Under the pieces are notes generated by a model that worked only from the letters and a program-made list of their open reading frames with translations, had not been told where the DNA came from and ran no database searches. Shown here piece by piece: positions 1-10,949 of a stretch of DNA of 64,000 nt. The translations under genes and the position numbers were made by a program. How positions within the stretch are numbered: the first letter of the stretch is position 1; each line of letters starts with the position of its first letter. The stretch is from an uncultured Nitrososphaeraceae archaeon (GTDB lineage: Archaea; Thermoproteota; Nitrososphaeria; Nitrososphaerales; Nitrososphaeraceae). The stretch is from the NCBI GenBank assembly GCA_963825865.1, contig CAWGVG010000003.1:32001-96000 (forward strand), written 5' to 3'.

Positions 1-302
1 TAACGTTAGGTATTATTACTGGTGGTGTATCTTCTCTGTTTAGAATAGTTTCTCGCGATAGTGACAATTAAAGCACAGGAGATTCTATTGCTACTGCATG
101 AACATGAATCGCTGTCAAATACAAGTAATGAGCAAAGCTCTTACTACTGAAAAAGATAGTATGTTTATGACACACCCGCCGCTAGGCTCGGGGCAACCTT
201 GTGCGCAATTGAACCATCTAGGCCATTTAGCCAGCCCAACACCGTTCGAACTATATAAGAATAGATAGAGAAACACATCTTGCTTGTGTATATTGCTATT
301 AA

Positions 303-900
303 CTAAAATGATACGGAAAATCCCGTTGCAAACTCTGCCATGATGAAAATGATGATAAATTGAGACACTGCCTGCATTGCAACTACTTTAACATATCGTC
401 TCATGAGTTTCTGGATCTTCGACATATCAGGTTCATTATTTCTCAGCTCAAAATATATACGAATATTAGTAGGTAGTAGTATCCCTAGACCTTGTACCAG
501 CATTGCTGCCTACAATAACCAAGACTGCAGATATCCAATATACCATAGGAGGATGTAAAGTGATCAAACCCAACCTAGAAGCAAGAAAATAACCCGCAGT
601 TGTTGTCACAGCAGCAACAGTTGGCATGTAAAAGACCATCTTTGGCATAAGCCAGGAAATAACTTCTTTTCGTGTTGAAAGACTTACATTTCTAAGTACT
701 GGTCCAAGTAAGAATGCCATAAAGATATCAGTTCCAGTCCATAACATAGACGTAAATACATGCACGTAGTTGAGGAGAAGGAAATTAGCAGTCAGAATTG
801 CCAAGATTAGTGCGACAATTGGTATAATAATCCACAGATTCGCTCCTACTGATATCTTTGGAGGTTCTTGTAACATATTTCCTGTACTACTACTAGTCAA
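303..900 (-). CDS. Multi-pass membrane protein (split by one frameshift near 500)
   Basis: ORFs 466..900 and 303..503 are consecutive hydrophobic helices (LNYVHVFTSMLWTG... / ...MLVQGLGILLP) that join across a single indel. Confidence 0.7.
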
Positions 901-1036
901 ATATTAAAACAAAAATGCTTAGGAGATACATGTTATTAGAGCCTGCTACAAATAATATGATATTACGAACCCCTCAAGTAGGCTACTGGCAAACAACACT
1001 TTGTAAACTATGTTGTTATTATTACTACTATTGCAG

Positions 1037-1513
1037 CTATTGGTAGTGGTGTTGTTGTTCCGATTTTGCGGCAGCAACCAACTCTTTACCTTTTGGAAAT
1101 AATTCTCTATTTAGTATATTCCACTCTATAGAAGGTCTTCCTGGACCTGTAAGTAGAAGGCTAACTGCTATTGACAATAACAATAAATCCAGTTCATATC
1201 CGCCAACAAATCCTTTTCCAATCTTGGCAATAATCGTAGAGCCAATCATCTCTATTATAAACAGGATAGATGCTATTCTAGTTAATACTCCTATAATCAA
1301 AACAATGCCACCTATCACTTCAAGCAATCCAACTGGAAGAGCCAATGCTGCTGGTAATCCAACCTTGCTTGCAAAGAACGCTTCTGTTCCTACTACGTTT
1401 GCAAGTTTAGGCAGACCATGTACTATGAATGCAATTCCAGCTATGATTCTTATTGGCAGGGGCCCAAACGAGATTAACCTCTGCCGCAGAAGAGACATGT
1501 TCAATTTACTCAT
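1037..1513 (-). CDS. DoxX family membrane protein
   Basis: Motifs LPIRIIAGIAFIVHGLPK, LLEVIGGI, GGYELDLLLL and GPGRPS are typical of DoxX. Confidence 0.9.
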   Translation of the reverse strand: MSKLNMSLLRQRLISFGPLPIRIIAGIAFIVHGLPKLANVVGTEAFFASKVGLPAALALPVGLLEVIGGIVLIIGVLTRIASILFIIEMIGSTIIAKIGKGFVGGYELDLLLLSIAVSLLLTGPGRPSIEWNILNRELFPKGKELVAAAKSEQQHHYQ

Positions 1514-1708
1514 CGAATAACTATGTCATGTTCATTAAATATTTTGTGATACAACTATATGATGACGACTACAATCCAAGAAATAAAATATGGCATTCTT
1601 GGATTGTGCTACATACAAATGTAGCTACCAACAGTATGTTTCTTATAAGCAGCAACTAGGGTACACCTACCGCAGCGCTACAACAATATGGATTTGCTGC
1701 GCTTGAGA

Positions 1709-2080
1709 TTACTCATATACTGGACCTATCGATGCCATACCGCCACCAGCATAAGTCCCTCTTATTCTTTCTACAGTTTCAATATCGTTTATCATCTTGA
1801 GTATATCAAAATCAATCTTGTGTGCCACTACTACATGGGTTCCTCCATCATAGAATGCAGGTACCATGCCCGTTTCATTAATTATTCTATTCCTGATTTC
1901 GTCCGTATTCTGCTTTGGCTTTATGAAAACCTCAAGCGTGTATATTGGCTTCTTGTTTTTCTCTTTCTTTTGGCGTAGTAATAAATCGACGATCAATAGG
2001 GGATCGACTTTTCCAAGATGTGTTCTTATAGAGTCTTCGAATTCATCAAATTTCTTTAAAACTTCACCTACTCGACTCAA
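1709..2080 (-). CDS. Hypothetical protein
   Basis: 123-aa ORF with globular, protein-like composition; no family recognised. Confidence 0.7.
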   Translation of the reverse strand: MSRVGEVLKKFDEFEDSIRTHLGKVDPLLIVDLLLRQKKEKNKKPIYTLEVFIKPKQNTDEIRNRIINETGMVPAFYDGGTHVVVAHKIDFDILKMINDIETVERIRGTYAGGGMASIGPVYE

Positions 2081-2232
2081 TTATTTTATCATAGACGCTG
2101 GCGTCATATGAACCTAAATCACTCAGCAGTGGTCCTGTGAGAATACTTTCAGTTAGAACACATCTACAAGTTTTCAGTCAATCCTATAGATGATCTTTAA
2201 TAAAACCCCTATGAGTAATTTATACTGTTTAT

Positions 2233-3234
2233 TGCTTTGTTGCATGATTAATTATCTTGTAAGTGATACTTATTTGACCACTCACCATTTAGCTTGCTAG
2301 TATTAATTATTCTGGTATGGTTGACTGGCCTTGCTATAATGAATCACTAGTTAGGCGTGGTCAAGTACTCTTGGATTTTGATGTACTTGATGGATGGGAT
2401 CATGAATTATGTCAAATGAACCTTGGTAAGGTTGGTGAGCCCTACTGCTACCCAAATTCATTTATTCAGCTTCTAGGTTACATGAGAGCATATTTCCATC
2501 TACCATATAGACAAACACAGGGTGTAGTCATAGCTCATGCAAGTAAAGAAGTATCAAACACACCACATTATAGTACCATTAATAGACGTATAAACAGGCT
2601 AGAGATTAAAATCGATGAAAAATTAGGAAATGATATTGTCATTGCTTTAGACAGCACCGGCATTAAGGTAGCTAATCGAGGGGAATGGATGCACCACAAA
2701 TGGCATGTCAGAAAAGGATATCTAAAGATACACATAGCAGTTGATATCGAGAAGAAAAGAATTGTATCTCTGGAGGTAACAAGTGAAGAGGTACATGATG
2801 GTAAGATGCTAAAGAAGTTAGTAGACAATGCTTCTGAAAATAATAATCTGAAGGGTATATTAGCAGATGGTATGTACGACAGCAATAACAATTTTAGATA
2901 CCTATCAAAGAACCACATTAAGCCTGGTATAAAGACAAGAAGTAATTCCAAGGTCAAGTCAACTAACTGTCATGCTAGGAATATGTCTGTAGTAAGACAA
3001 CAACAGACAAACCTCAAAAAATGGAAGCGTAGCGTGAGCTATGGGTACAGGTGGATAGCAGAAACAGCATTCTCTTCCATTAAAAGAACATTTGGTGAAC
3101 ATGTAACAGCTAGAAAGTTTCCTCACATGGTAAAAGAGATCCTCCTAAAGGCAGCTCTGTATAACATGTTCAATCGAATGACCTAGCTAACGGTTTGCAT
3201 AACCTAAAATCCTAATGAATTATGCAACAGAGCA
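2233..3234 (+). mobile_element. IS5-family (IS903-like) insertion sequence, copy 1 (1002 bp)
   Basis: 17-bp imperfect TIRs TGCTTTGTTGCATGATT / AATTATGCAACAGAGCA; 8-bp TSD CTGTTTAT at 2225-2232 and 3235-3242; encloses a DDE transposase. Confidence 0.95.
2317..3186 (+). CDS. IS5-family DDE transposase
   Basis: N-terminal WPCYNESLVRRG (IS903-like), ALDSTGIK, LADGMYD and YGYRWIAETAFSSIK (YREK-like) motifs. Confidence 0.95.
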   Translation: MVDWPCYNESLVRRGQVLLDFDVLDGWDHELCQMNLGKVGEPYCYPNSFIQLLGYMRAYFHLPYRQTQGVVIAHASKEVSNTPHYSTINRRINRLEIKIDEKLGNDIVIALDSTGIKVANRGEWMHHKWHVRKGYLKIHIAVDIEKKRIVSLEVTSEEVHDGKMLKKLVDNASENNNLKGILADGMYDSNNNFRYLSKNHIKPGIKTRSNSKVKSTNCHARNMSVVRQQQTNLKKWKRSVSYGYRWIAETAFSSIKRTFGEHVTARKFPHMVKEILLKAALYNMFNRMT

Positions 3235-3436
3235 CTGTTTATCACATATGGAAGTTCAGTTGAAAAATCGAATAATATTGCAACAAATAACGGAAATATT
3301 ATAATACAGAGAGAAGGAACAGGCTACGTCTCCACGTCATACCTAGCTAAAGGCCAAACCCTTCCTACTATTTTCTTCTTAGAATGAAGTTTTAATTTGG
3401 ATTATCGTTATCACTGGACTCCTTCCATTCTAATAA

Positions 3437-3988
3437 TTATAACATCCCATCTTCGTGAAGTCTATTTAATATTGGAGTTAGTTTCACACATACTTCCTTT
3501 TCTCCTAGAGTAATATCTGAATCAATTCCAACAACAATTGAAAGCATATTCCTATCTTCTCGTGCAGTGTATACAGCACTACCAATTATCTTGAATTCAA
3601 TATGGTTTTGTTCTAACCATTCTTCCCATTTTTTCATATGCTGAAGATTTTGTTGTAATGAATTAATAGCATAATTTAGATCTATCCCGTCTGATTTGTC
3701 AAGGAGGTTGAGTTTAACCATGGGAACCATAAGATTACCTCCTCTAACAACTTTATGTAATTTGTTCATATTTTCGATAATGGTGTCCTCGTCTTTAATG
3801 CCATTTTTATTATTTTCCTCATATTGTTCTTCTTGTTCACCGCTTATGCATTCTTTCATATCATATTTTGGAAAAAAGTATCCCGCTAAATTCTTGTTCC
3901 AATCATAGACCTTGTATATTGTGTCTTCATATCCCGTTTTCCATATAGACCTGCTGCCTCCCCCTCTTCCAAACAACAGTAAAATCAA
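3437..3988 (-). CDS. Hypothetical protein
   Basis: 183-aa open frame with protein-like composition; true start uncertain. Confidence 0.65.
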   Translation of the reverse strand: MILLLFGRGGGSRSIWKTGYEDTIYKVYDWNKNLAGYFFPKYDMKECISGEQEEQYEENNKNGIKDEDTIIENMNKLHKVVRGGNLMVPMVKLNLLDKSDGIDLNYAINSLQQNLQHMKKWEEWLEQNHIEFKIIGSAVYTAREDRNMLSIVVGIDSDITLGEKEVCVKLTPILNRLHEDGML

Positions 3989-4334
3989 GATTATTGCAGT
4001 ATTAGTAGATTAAAAGGCTGGCTTCACTCTTCCTAATCTCGGGAAGTGACTTTTTGCCTATGACAAACAGCCTGTCTTTGCCATATCAATTATACAAGGA
4101 ATTTCTGTGACAGATCTAAAGAAAGTAGTATTTTCTTATCCTACAAATTCTTCCGATATTAACAATATGTCATAGATCGAATTTTTGTAGTCTTCACTCT
4201 TGTTACCCTATAACAACTATTACCTTTATGGCATCATCTTTCAATTCATAAATTTGAATTATAAAAAATGTAAATTAATTATTATTAGCATTCGTTGTCG
4301 ATTCTAACTTTCAAGCATTGACGTTTAGCTGGCC

Positions 4335-4772
4335 TCAGCTCAATTGTGGAATTTCAGCAACGTCTCTTCCATATACATCTTTGAATTCCCTTGGCTTTGC
4401 ATCTTTGAAAACATCCTTACTACAATACCTCATAGAGTATGCTGCCATCATATCCAAAATTGGTTGCAAAGCTAGGCCCTTTTCTGTCGGATAATATTCT
4501 ATTCTTATAGGTGTTTCATGGGAGTAGACCTTACGTTTTATTAATCCTAACTTTTCCATTTCTCTAAGTCTCACAGATAGAGTTTTTGGGTTACCTTCTT
4601 CAAGGGAGTTTAATAACTGGTTAAACCTATTCTGTTTGCCGTTTATCATGTTTCTTAGAATTAACACTGTAAATTTTTTGCCAATTATCTTAGATGTCTT
4701 GTCAATGGGACAAGATTTCATTTTAATATTGTCCGAAGTTTGCTCACTGTTACGCTTAGTAGATGCTTCCAT
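4335..4772 (-). CDS. HxlR/DUF24 family winged-helix regulator
   Basis: SCPIDKT..IIGKKFTVLILR, RFNQL, PKTLSVRLREME, RIEYYPTEKG; conserved N-terminal Cys. Confidence 0.92.
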   Translation of the reverse strand: MEASTKRNSEQTSDNIKMKSCPIDKTSKIIGKKFTVLILRNMINGKQNRFNQLLNSLEEGNPKTLSVRLREMEKLGLIKRKVYSHETPIRIEYYPTEKGLALQPILDMMAAYSMRYCSKDVFKDAKPREFKDVYGRDVAEIPQLS

Positions 4773-4775
4773 AGA

Positions 4776-4829
4776 TACTATAAAGTAGCTTTACCTTATA
4801 TAGTTAGTAGCGTAATTACCATGTGGTAA
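4776..4829. promoter_or_regulatory. Putative promoter/operator of the HxlR gene
   Basis: Palindromes TACT-ATAA-AGTA (4776-4787) and TTACCA-TG-TGGTAA (4816-4829) flank a minus-strand TATA-like box (CTATATAAGG, ~4794-4803) about 25 nt upstream of the ATG. Confidence 0.45.
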
Positions 4830-4925
4830 CTCACTATCAAAGGTATGATCCATTTTCTACCATGAATTCCAACTCTGTATAGGTTATTATGGCATGAGGT
4901 TTTAATAAGTAGTAAGCCACTATAT

Positions 4926-5234
4926 GTGGATCATTTTAACAATTTATTTGGCGAGTTATGGAAGAACGGAATTGGGGCTCAACAAAGAATAAAAGATATA
5001 GGACAAGGTGTTGAAACATCTGACATAGAAATCATTACAAATCCAGAAGATGGGTATAGGCTGTTCTTAGGATTTGATAAGGTCTGCAAACCGAGAAGTG
5101 TTGATAATGGTTTCTACTGCTAGTGCTTTATTTCAAAAAGTATTATAGAAGCACATGGTAAAAGAATATGGGCTCAAAATAATGCTGTTGCAAAAGGATA
5201 TACATTTTACTTTAGCCTACCATTAAGTAAATAA
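4926..5234 (+). pseudogene. Internally deleted sensor histidine kinase remnant
   Basis: ORF 4926..5123 resembles the pre-HisKA region; another frame reads ISKSIIEAHGKRIWAQNNAVAKGYTFYFSLPLSK* (HATPase_c C-terminus); the HisKA/N-box region is absent. Confidence 0.75.
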
Positions 5235-5439
5235 CAGAGCGGACATCGTGTATCTAACTTATAGGCGCATCTGTGTCTCTGTTACTTGCAAAAAAGTCCT
5301 GCTGCCTTCAATGACAAATTTGATCTGATTAACTAAAGTTCTGAAGATCAGATTGATGATATAAAGTAAAAGTTCATTTATGATTATAAGGCCTGCTATA
5401 GTGAGTGAATAGTACATACACAAAGGCATTCACATAAAT

Positions 5440-5721
5440 TCAAATTATTAACGTGAGTAACTTAACTAACTTTAATGGTTCAATATTATGGTAACTACAA
5501 TCACCTAATTGAATATTACTCTTATCAATATAACCAAGGATTAAAATAAGATATCTTTTCTGACACATGTGACATATATCATACAAAAATGGCATTTTAC
5601 AGCTATCCTTTTCACATCTATAGATCATACCACATTTTGTACATTGATGATAAGAAAATTGCTGTTGTTGTTCTTCTTGCTCTGGCAGGCTACTATTACT
5701 AATACCTTTAGCAGAGCTCAA
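5440..5721 (-). CDS. Small Cys-rich (zinc-finger-like) protein
   Basis: HQCTKC-x5-C-x4-C-x8-CHMC. Confidence 0.5.
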   Translation of the reverse strand: MSSAKGISNSSLPEQEEQQQQFSYHQCTKCGMIYRCEKDSCKMPFLYDICHMCQKRYLILILGYIDKSNIQLGDCSYHNIEPLKLVKLLTLII

Positions 5722-5903
5722 TGCTTCTTAGTCACTTGACACTATTTTAAGAACTCTATTATACAAAATACTAGAATCTTCCACTATATTATATAATAAA
5801 CTCATTCTATTATTATTTTATACTTTTTAGCATTAGTTAAAAATATTGAGATTGCAATCGACAAACTGTTTATCATTATAAGACAAAATTATAGTTTATT
5901 GGT

Positions 5904-6175
5904 ATGCTATCGACTGAAGAAAGCCTTAGGGTCATATGCAAAGAATACAACAATTAGGTAATTCTATTAGATTTGTAGATATAGCCAATAACCTTGGTAG
6001 CTTAATTGCAACAGCATACAGAGATGGCTTAACTTCCTTAATGGATGATAAAGAAACCTCACATTATGCCATACAGGCTGTTCTTCGTGCTACTACTCGT
6101 GAAGATTTCGAACCAAAAATAGGCAGACTAGATAAAGTTATGCCATTTATAGAAAGGAAAAAAGATACGGTATAA
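5904..6175 (+). pseudogene. Truncated thaumarchaeal roadblock/DUF6659-like protein
   Basis: IQQLGNSIRFVDIANNLGSLIATAYRDGLTSLM resembles this family; ATG at 5904 is out of frame with the rest and the C-terminus is short. Confidence 0.5.
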
Positions 6176-6843
6176 CAATAAATTATTAGTCGTCGTCCTT
6201 AACACCATAGCCAATAAAGAATGGTTCAGAGAAAGTCAAATACATTTTGCTTAAGTACACCTATCATTTTAAACGGAAGTCCCATAGCAACTTTAAAAGT
6301 ATAATACTTGTCAGCCTTAGCGGGTCGATAAGGAACTATAGATAACCATTTTAAGCCACATATGAAAGATCTTTTGCCAAAAATAGAACACCTATTAGCC
6401 AAACCACTTGTACTAAAAGTATATTCTGAGATTACCGTTCAGAGTAAATTTAACTATTCAACTTAGACATATATGGTATATTATTATTATTATTTTGAGC
6501 GGCAAAAACGAGTCAAATTTGTTCTGAATCCCGCTAGCCGCTCCTGACATATACGTGTTTAAATTAGCTTCTAAAACATAGATGTAATATTCTCACGTAT
6601 TGCTCCTTAGACATGCTCTGAGTTGTCAATAAAAAACCAAATTATATGTCAAATATACAATTAGTAAATTATCATTTTATGTTCTGATCGTACTGTTATA
6701 TCATCAGGATCTTGTAAAAGACCGCCTTCTCTATCCCAGTATCGTTCAGATGCCCAAATCATGTCATACAATCAACAGCGAATAATGATACTGTTATATT
6801 ATGATAATTCCTAACACCTGCGATTTAATTCCTTTAACAATTA

Positions 6844-8424
6844 TTATTGATTTGGTGATGTTATATTATTATATTTAAGAAATGCATCCTTATCTGTTGA
6901 TCCAAATGTAGTAGGCAATGATATATTTTTATCATCTTGTGATTCATATATAGAGACATGGTAATATCTATGTCCAAAAATTGCGAGTTTATTTTTACCA
7001 TATGAAATAACGTTCTCCTCCATATTATTGCCTAACGTGTGATGAAATAACCTGATGAACCAAGGTGTATCGGCCATTAAAACAACTCTTTTAGCTTTGA
7101 GTGGAATGTTATCGTAGTAATCAACTATCTGATAATTATTTAGGTGGAATCCATACTTGGGTATCCATGAATAAAATGGATTTGAAATCAAAGTTATTTT
7201 ATTATTGTTATTAGTATTGTCATGTAGATATTGACTAATAAATGCAGCTGCCTGATAATGAAAATTATTGTTGCTTGTTATCATCAACTTAATGATAGTT
7301 GCTAGGCCAAAAATACATATTACGCAAATTGCGGTTAATGGTAAAATCTGTTGGAGTTTGTTTCTTTTGATCATTTTCGACAGATTTTCTATCAATCTAG
7401 CAGATGCAATGCAAAATAGAGGAAATAGAGGAACCAAGTGCCAATATGAGACAAACCCTGCAAAATAGAGGAAGATCAGAATTGGGATTATCCATAACAA
7501 AAGTAATGCATCTCTCCTTATTGCTGCAAACACTAACCCTGCAACACCAAGTGATAGGAAGAATGGATCAGCTTGAAAGTTATAGTTTATACTTTCAAAT
7601 AAGGTCTGAGCTCCTCTATGTGTTTGGAAATTTATCCCATGTAACCAGAGATCGAATTGGTTAATAGAAACAGCGTAAGCAGGCCAAATTAATGGAATCA
7701 AAATAACCGGCATAAACCATAATCCCAATGTCTTCAAATTTCGAGTATTATTGTTTTTGTTATTATTTGAATAAACAAGAAAACCAACTAATGGGATCAT
7801 AGAGAATAAAGAAACTTTTGTAAAGATAGCTAGACCAAGAAAAATACCTGAAAGTAAAATTGATAGAATATGCTTATTTTTGTTTTTAGAATCTTTTGTA
7901 TAATAAACTGCAAATAATATAGAGGATAACAAAAAAGGCAGCTGGATAGGTTCTAGTAATACTCTTCTTATGATCCATGTTATCGGCATTACCGCAAATA
8001 AAATGGATGCAATTGTAGCAACAGTTCTATTGTAACGATATTCAGCTATTCGATATATTAGAAAAGTATCAGCTACAGCAAGTATTCCCATCAGTATTCT
8101 TGGAACAAGATAAAGCGATTCAATTGAATGCACATTGCCAAGGGAAAGATTCAAAGAATCTGGATAACCAATTATCTTAAATACGCCTGCCAAAAAGAGC
8201 TGTGAAAAATACGGATGATCATAAAGGCGTGATTCTTGAGGTCCTACACCAGTCAATACATGCATAGCCCTTCTTATGTATATGCCTTCATCATTAGACG
8301 GCCCAAAGGGAAATCCTATAGGATTCCAGAGATGAGTAAAAGCTGATAGTATCAAAGGTATTGCCAATAGGATGGACTTATGATGAACCCATTTGGCAAT
8401 AACGAGAATATAGTTCAAATTCAT
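6844..8424 (-). CDS. GT-C membrane glycosyltransferase (ArnT/PMT, GT39/83-like)
   Basis: First-loop DE motif (SNDEGIY), YDHPYF, GIFLGLAIFTK and about 11-13 TM segments. Confidence 0.88.
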   Translation of the reverse strand: MNLNYILVIAKWVHHKSILLAIPLILSAFTHLWNPIGFPFGPSNDEGIYIRRAMHVLTGVGPQESRLYDHPYFSQLFLAGVFKIIGYPDSLNLSLGNVHSIESLYLVPRILMGILAVADTFLIYRIAEYRYNRTVATIASILFAVMPITWIIRRVLLEPIQLPFLLSSILFAVYYTKDSKNKNKHILSILLSGIFLGLAIFTKVSLFSMIPLVGFLVYSNNNKNNNTRNLKTLGLWFMPVILIPLIWPAYAVSINQFDLWLHGINFQTHRGAQTLFESINYNFQADPFFLSLGVAGLVFAAIRRDALLLLWIIPILIFLYFAGFVSYWHLVPLFPLFCIASARLIENLSKMIKRNKLQQILPLTAICVICIFGLATIIKLMITSNNNFHYQAAAFISQYLHDNTNNNNKITLISNPFYSWIPKYGFHLNNYQIVDYYDNIPLKAKRVVLMADTPWFIRLFHHTLGNNMEENVISYGKNKLAIFGHRYYHVSIYESQDDKNISLPTTFGSTDKDAFLKYNNITSPNQ

Positions 8425-9184
8425 ATATTTGATGGATTTGGTATTTCTTTTTTAAGAGTTGCTATAGAGTCAATCCATAGATTTTTATGTGCGTTGTACG
8501 ATTTGCAGTTTTCCTCTTTGAATAAATACTCGAAATATACGCACCATATTACAAGAATGGACAAGAAGAAGTAAAAATGGTAACACAGTTACCATCCAGG
8601 CAGCGAAACAAAAAGGGTCAGTAAGTGAATTTGATAACGATTTAGGATAAGAAGAACAAAACGTGACATGTAATCATCCAGGCAACAATGTATCATTACC
8701 TATACGGTAATTGTCAACTGGAATAAGTAGGGAGTCTCCGCGTTGCTCCAATCGCCTAGCACATACAAGATACCTTGACAGTTTTCGTTGTGGCAATGAG
8801 CAATATGTAAATATTTAGTAGCCAACCCTAAAAACCATATAACATGGAGATATGGTAAGTTAGTTAGTGTCTTCAGAGCTTGGTACGATGTCATAATGAT
8901 ATAGATCACAGCATAAAATATTTAAAAGAAGATGCTAAATACTTTAACGCAATCTTTTCCAAGTTCTGCAATTATTCATCAGATTTCAAAACCCTTGACC
9001 CATTGAACACAAACAAAAGAAGTTACTTATCAGACCTCTCACTACCTGGGACGACGGGGGATAATAATTATTAGTGTCTTTATGCTTTCGCATCATATAT
9101 AATAATAAGAGGCAATCTAATAAAGACAAAAAAGAAGATGCCAGATATTTCTATTGATATAAACAAGGGAGTTCTATCTCGAGA

Positions 9185-10300
9185 ATGATCTCTTATAATG
9201 TTCTCCAAGGCGACTGTTTTGAAATTTTAAAACGCCTATCTTCTAATCCACAAGAAAAAAGAAAATACAGGCTTATTGTTACTTCTCCACCTTATTACAG
9301 ACATAGACATTATGGTAAAGATACGAAAGAAGTTGGCCAAGAGCGTACCGATAAAATCTTTATAGATAAATTAGCTGATATTTTTACAGTATGCAGAGAA
9401 CTGTTGACAGAAGATGGCAGTCTATGGATAGTAATAGGGGATACCAGAATTAAATATGGAAAACTTTTGATACCACATAGACTAGCTCTCAAACTAGCTG
9501 AAAGAGGTTACACTATCAGAGAGGATATCATCTGGTTTAAGAAAAATAATGTCTCAAGCAGTTCAAAGGATAACTTTTCACAAGCATACGAACTAATATT
9601 ATTTCTATCAAAGAATGAGAAAAGCTTTGCTAATATGGGCGATATAAGAATAAGAGGCAACGAGGCAAGAGAAGGAAGAAATAAGACGCCACCCAAACAC
9701 ATGATACAATATGAATCATTAAAGCAGGACAAAGACAAGATTGATAAGATAAAAGAGATTATTCACAATGCAAAACCAAATACACCTTTTGAAGAACTCC
9801 CTACAACAAGCGAAATAGCCTGGGCTTATGGATATGATCCAGAGAAATATTGTCCTACTTGTTACCGCAAATTTAAACGTCATGCTACACGCAAAAGAAT
9901 AGGAGACCATAAGCACTACCCAATATATGCGGTATGCAATCCATCGGGTAAAAACCCGGGAAATGTTTGGGAAATTGCTACGAAGGCACATTATGGAAAT
10001 GAACATTTTGCTATATACCCTGAGGATTTAATTGCCAGAATTATCAATTTTGCTACCCGAAAAGGAGATTGGGTTATGGATCCTTTTACAGGAAGAGGAA
10101 CGACTGGAATTGTTTCTGCGCTTCTTGGAAGGAACTGCACAGGGATAGATCTATATCCGGAGAATGTTTTTAAAGCCCAAAAGAATATTTCAGATGCCAT
10201 CAAGGGAAAACTTACTGTAAAATTAGAGGACCAAATAGCAAGCAATTGTTCAGTAACAGGAACTAGGACTACAAGAACTATTGCCTGCCATTTCCCATAA
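9185..10300 (+). CDS. Site-specific DNA methyltransferase (N4-C/N6-A, beta class)
   Basis: GDC N-terminus, motif IV TSPPY, IIWFK, HFAIYPEDL and motif I DPFTGRGTT in beta order. Confidence 0.93.
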   Translation: MISYNVLQGDCFEILKRLSSNPQEKRKYRLIVTSPPYYRHRHYGKDTKEVGQERTDKIFIDKLADIFTVCRELLTEDGSLWIVIGDTRIKYGKLLIPHRLALKLAERGYTIREDIIWFKKNNVSSSSKDNFSQAYELILFLSKNEKSFANMGDIRIRGNEAREGRNKTPPKHMIQYESLKQDKDKIDKIKEIIHNAKPNTPFEELPTTSEIAWAYGYDPEKYCPTCYRKFKRHATRKRIGDHKHYPIYAVCNPSGKNPGNVWEIATKAHYGNEHFAIYPEDLIARIINFATRKGDWVMDPFTGRGTTGIVSALLGRNCTGIDLYPENVFKAQKNISDAIKGKLTVKLEDQIASNCSVTGTRTTRTIACHFP

Positions 10301-10309
10301 TAATAAATT

Positions 10310-10608
10310 ATTAAATTCGCAACTATTGTGTTGGCAGTTGATAGTAATATGCAAGTGCCAAGCTGTTGATCGACTAAATTAAGGTATACAAGTGCTTTGT
10401 TAGTATCACCTTTCTCTGATGATTAAATAACATCTTTTACAAGTAATAAAGTTGACAATGATTGAATTGGGAAATAATGATCATGATTATTCGCTATAAC
10501 TGCTAATAATAATTCTTATACATATGCTCTTAAATGGGTAATTGTCTTATTGATATTACTGCTCTGTAATTCTTGGATAGCATTATCTATAAGCACTTTT
10601 TCAAAAAG
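10310..10608 (-). pseudogene. Decayed helical-repeat domain of a Nitrososphaeraceae secreted protein
   Basis: Manual translation KVLIDNAIQELQSSNINKTITHL..*..LLVKDVI*SSEKGDTNKALVYLNLVDQQL shows two in-frame stops in a duplicated helical motif. Confidence 0.5.
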
Positions 10609-10609
10609 T

Positions 10610-10949
10610 GTCTGTAGCATCAAATACATCTTTCCTATTTGTATCGCCTTTCTCAATACTATTGTATTGTCGCCACGTACTCCAATTTACAGGAGAATCT
10701 TTGAACATATGTCTTGAAGATATGATTTTTGTATTTCTTGTATTATGTAACTCCAAGAAGAAGTGCTCTTGGATGAGAAAAAAAGTCTATAAAAATCTTT
10801 GAATTATTTATCTTCATTTCTGCAAGTTGTTGTATTATATTTTCATTATAATCGATACCTGCATACTGTTTGTATTGTTCATCCGTCTCTGAAACATAGA
10901 TTAGTTCGTCTAATTCACACCACTGATTAAGATTCAATTCTAACGACAT
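10610..10949 (-). pseudogene. N-terminal fragment of a larger protein (resembles thaumarchaeal M3-peptidase-like proteins)
   Basis: ORF 10743..10949 continues in another frame as LELHNTRNTKIISSRHMFKDSPVNWSTWRQYNSIEK and then ends; family assignment is from memory. Confidence 0.45.

Noticed and set aside
10310-10949. Restriction endonuclease partner of the MTase
   Set aside because: No PD-(D/E)xK, HNH or GIY-YIG motif; the fragments resemble other protein families
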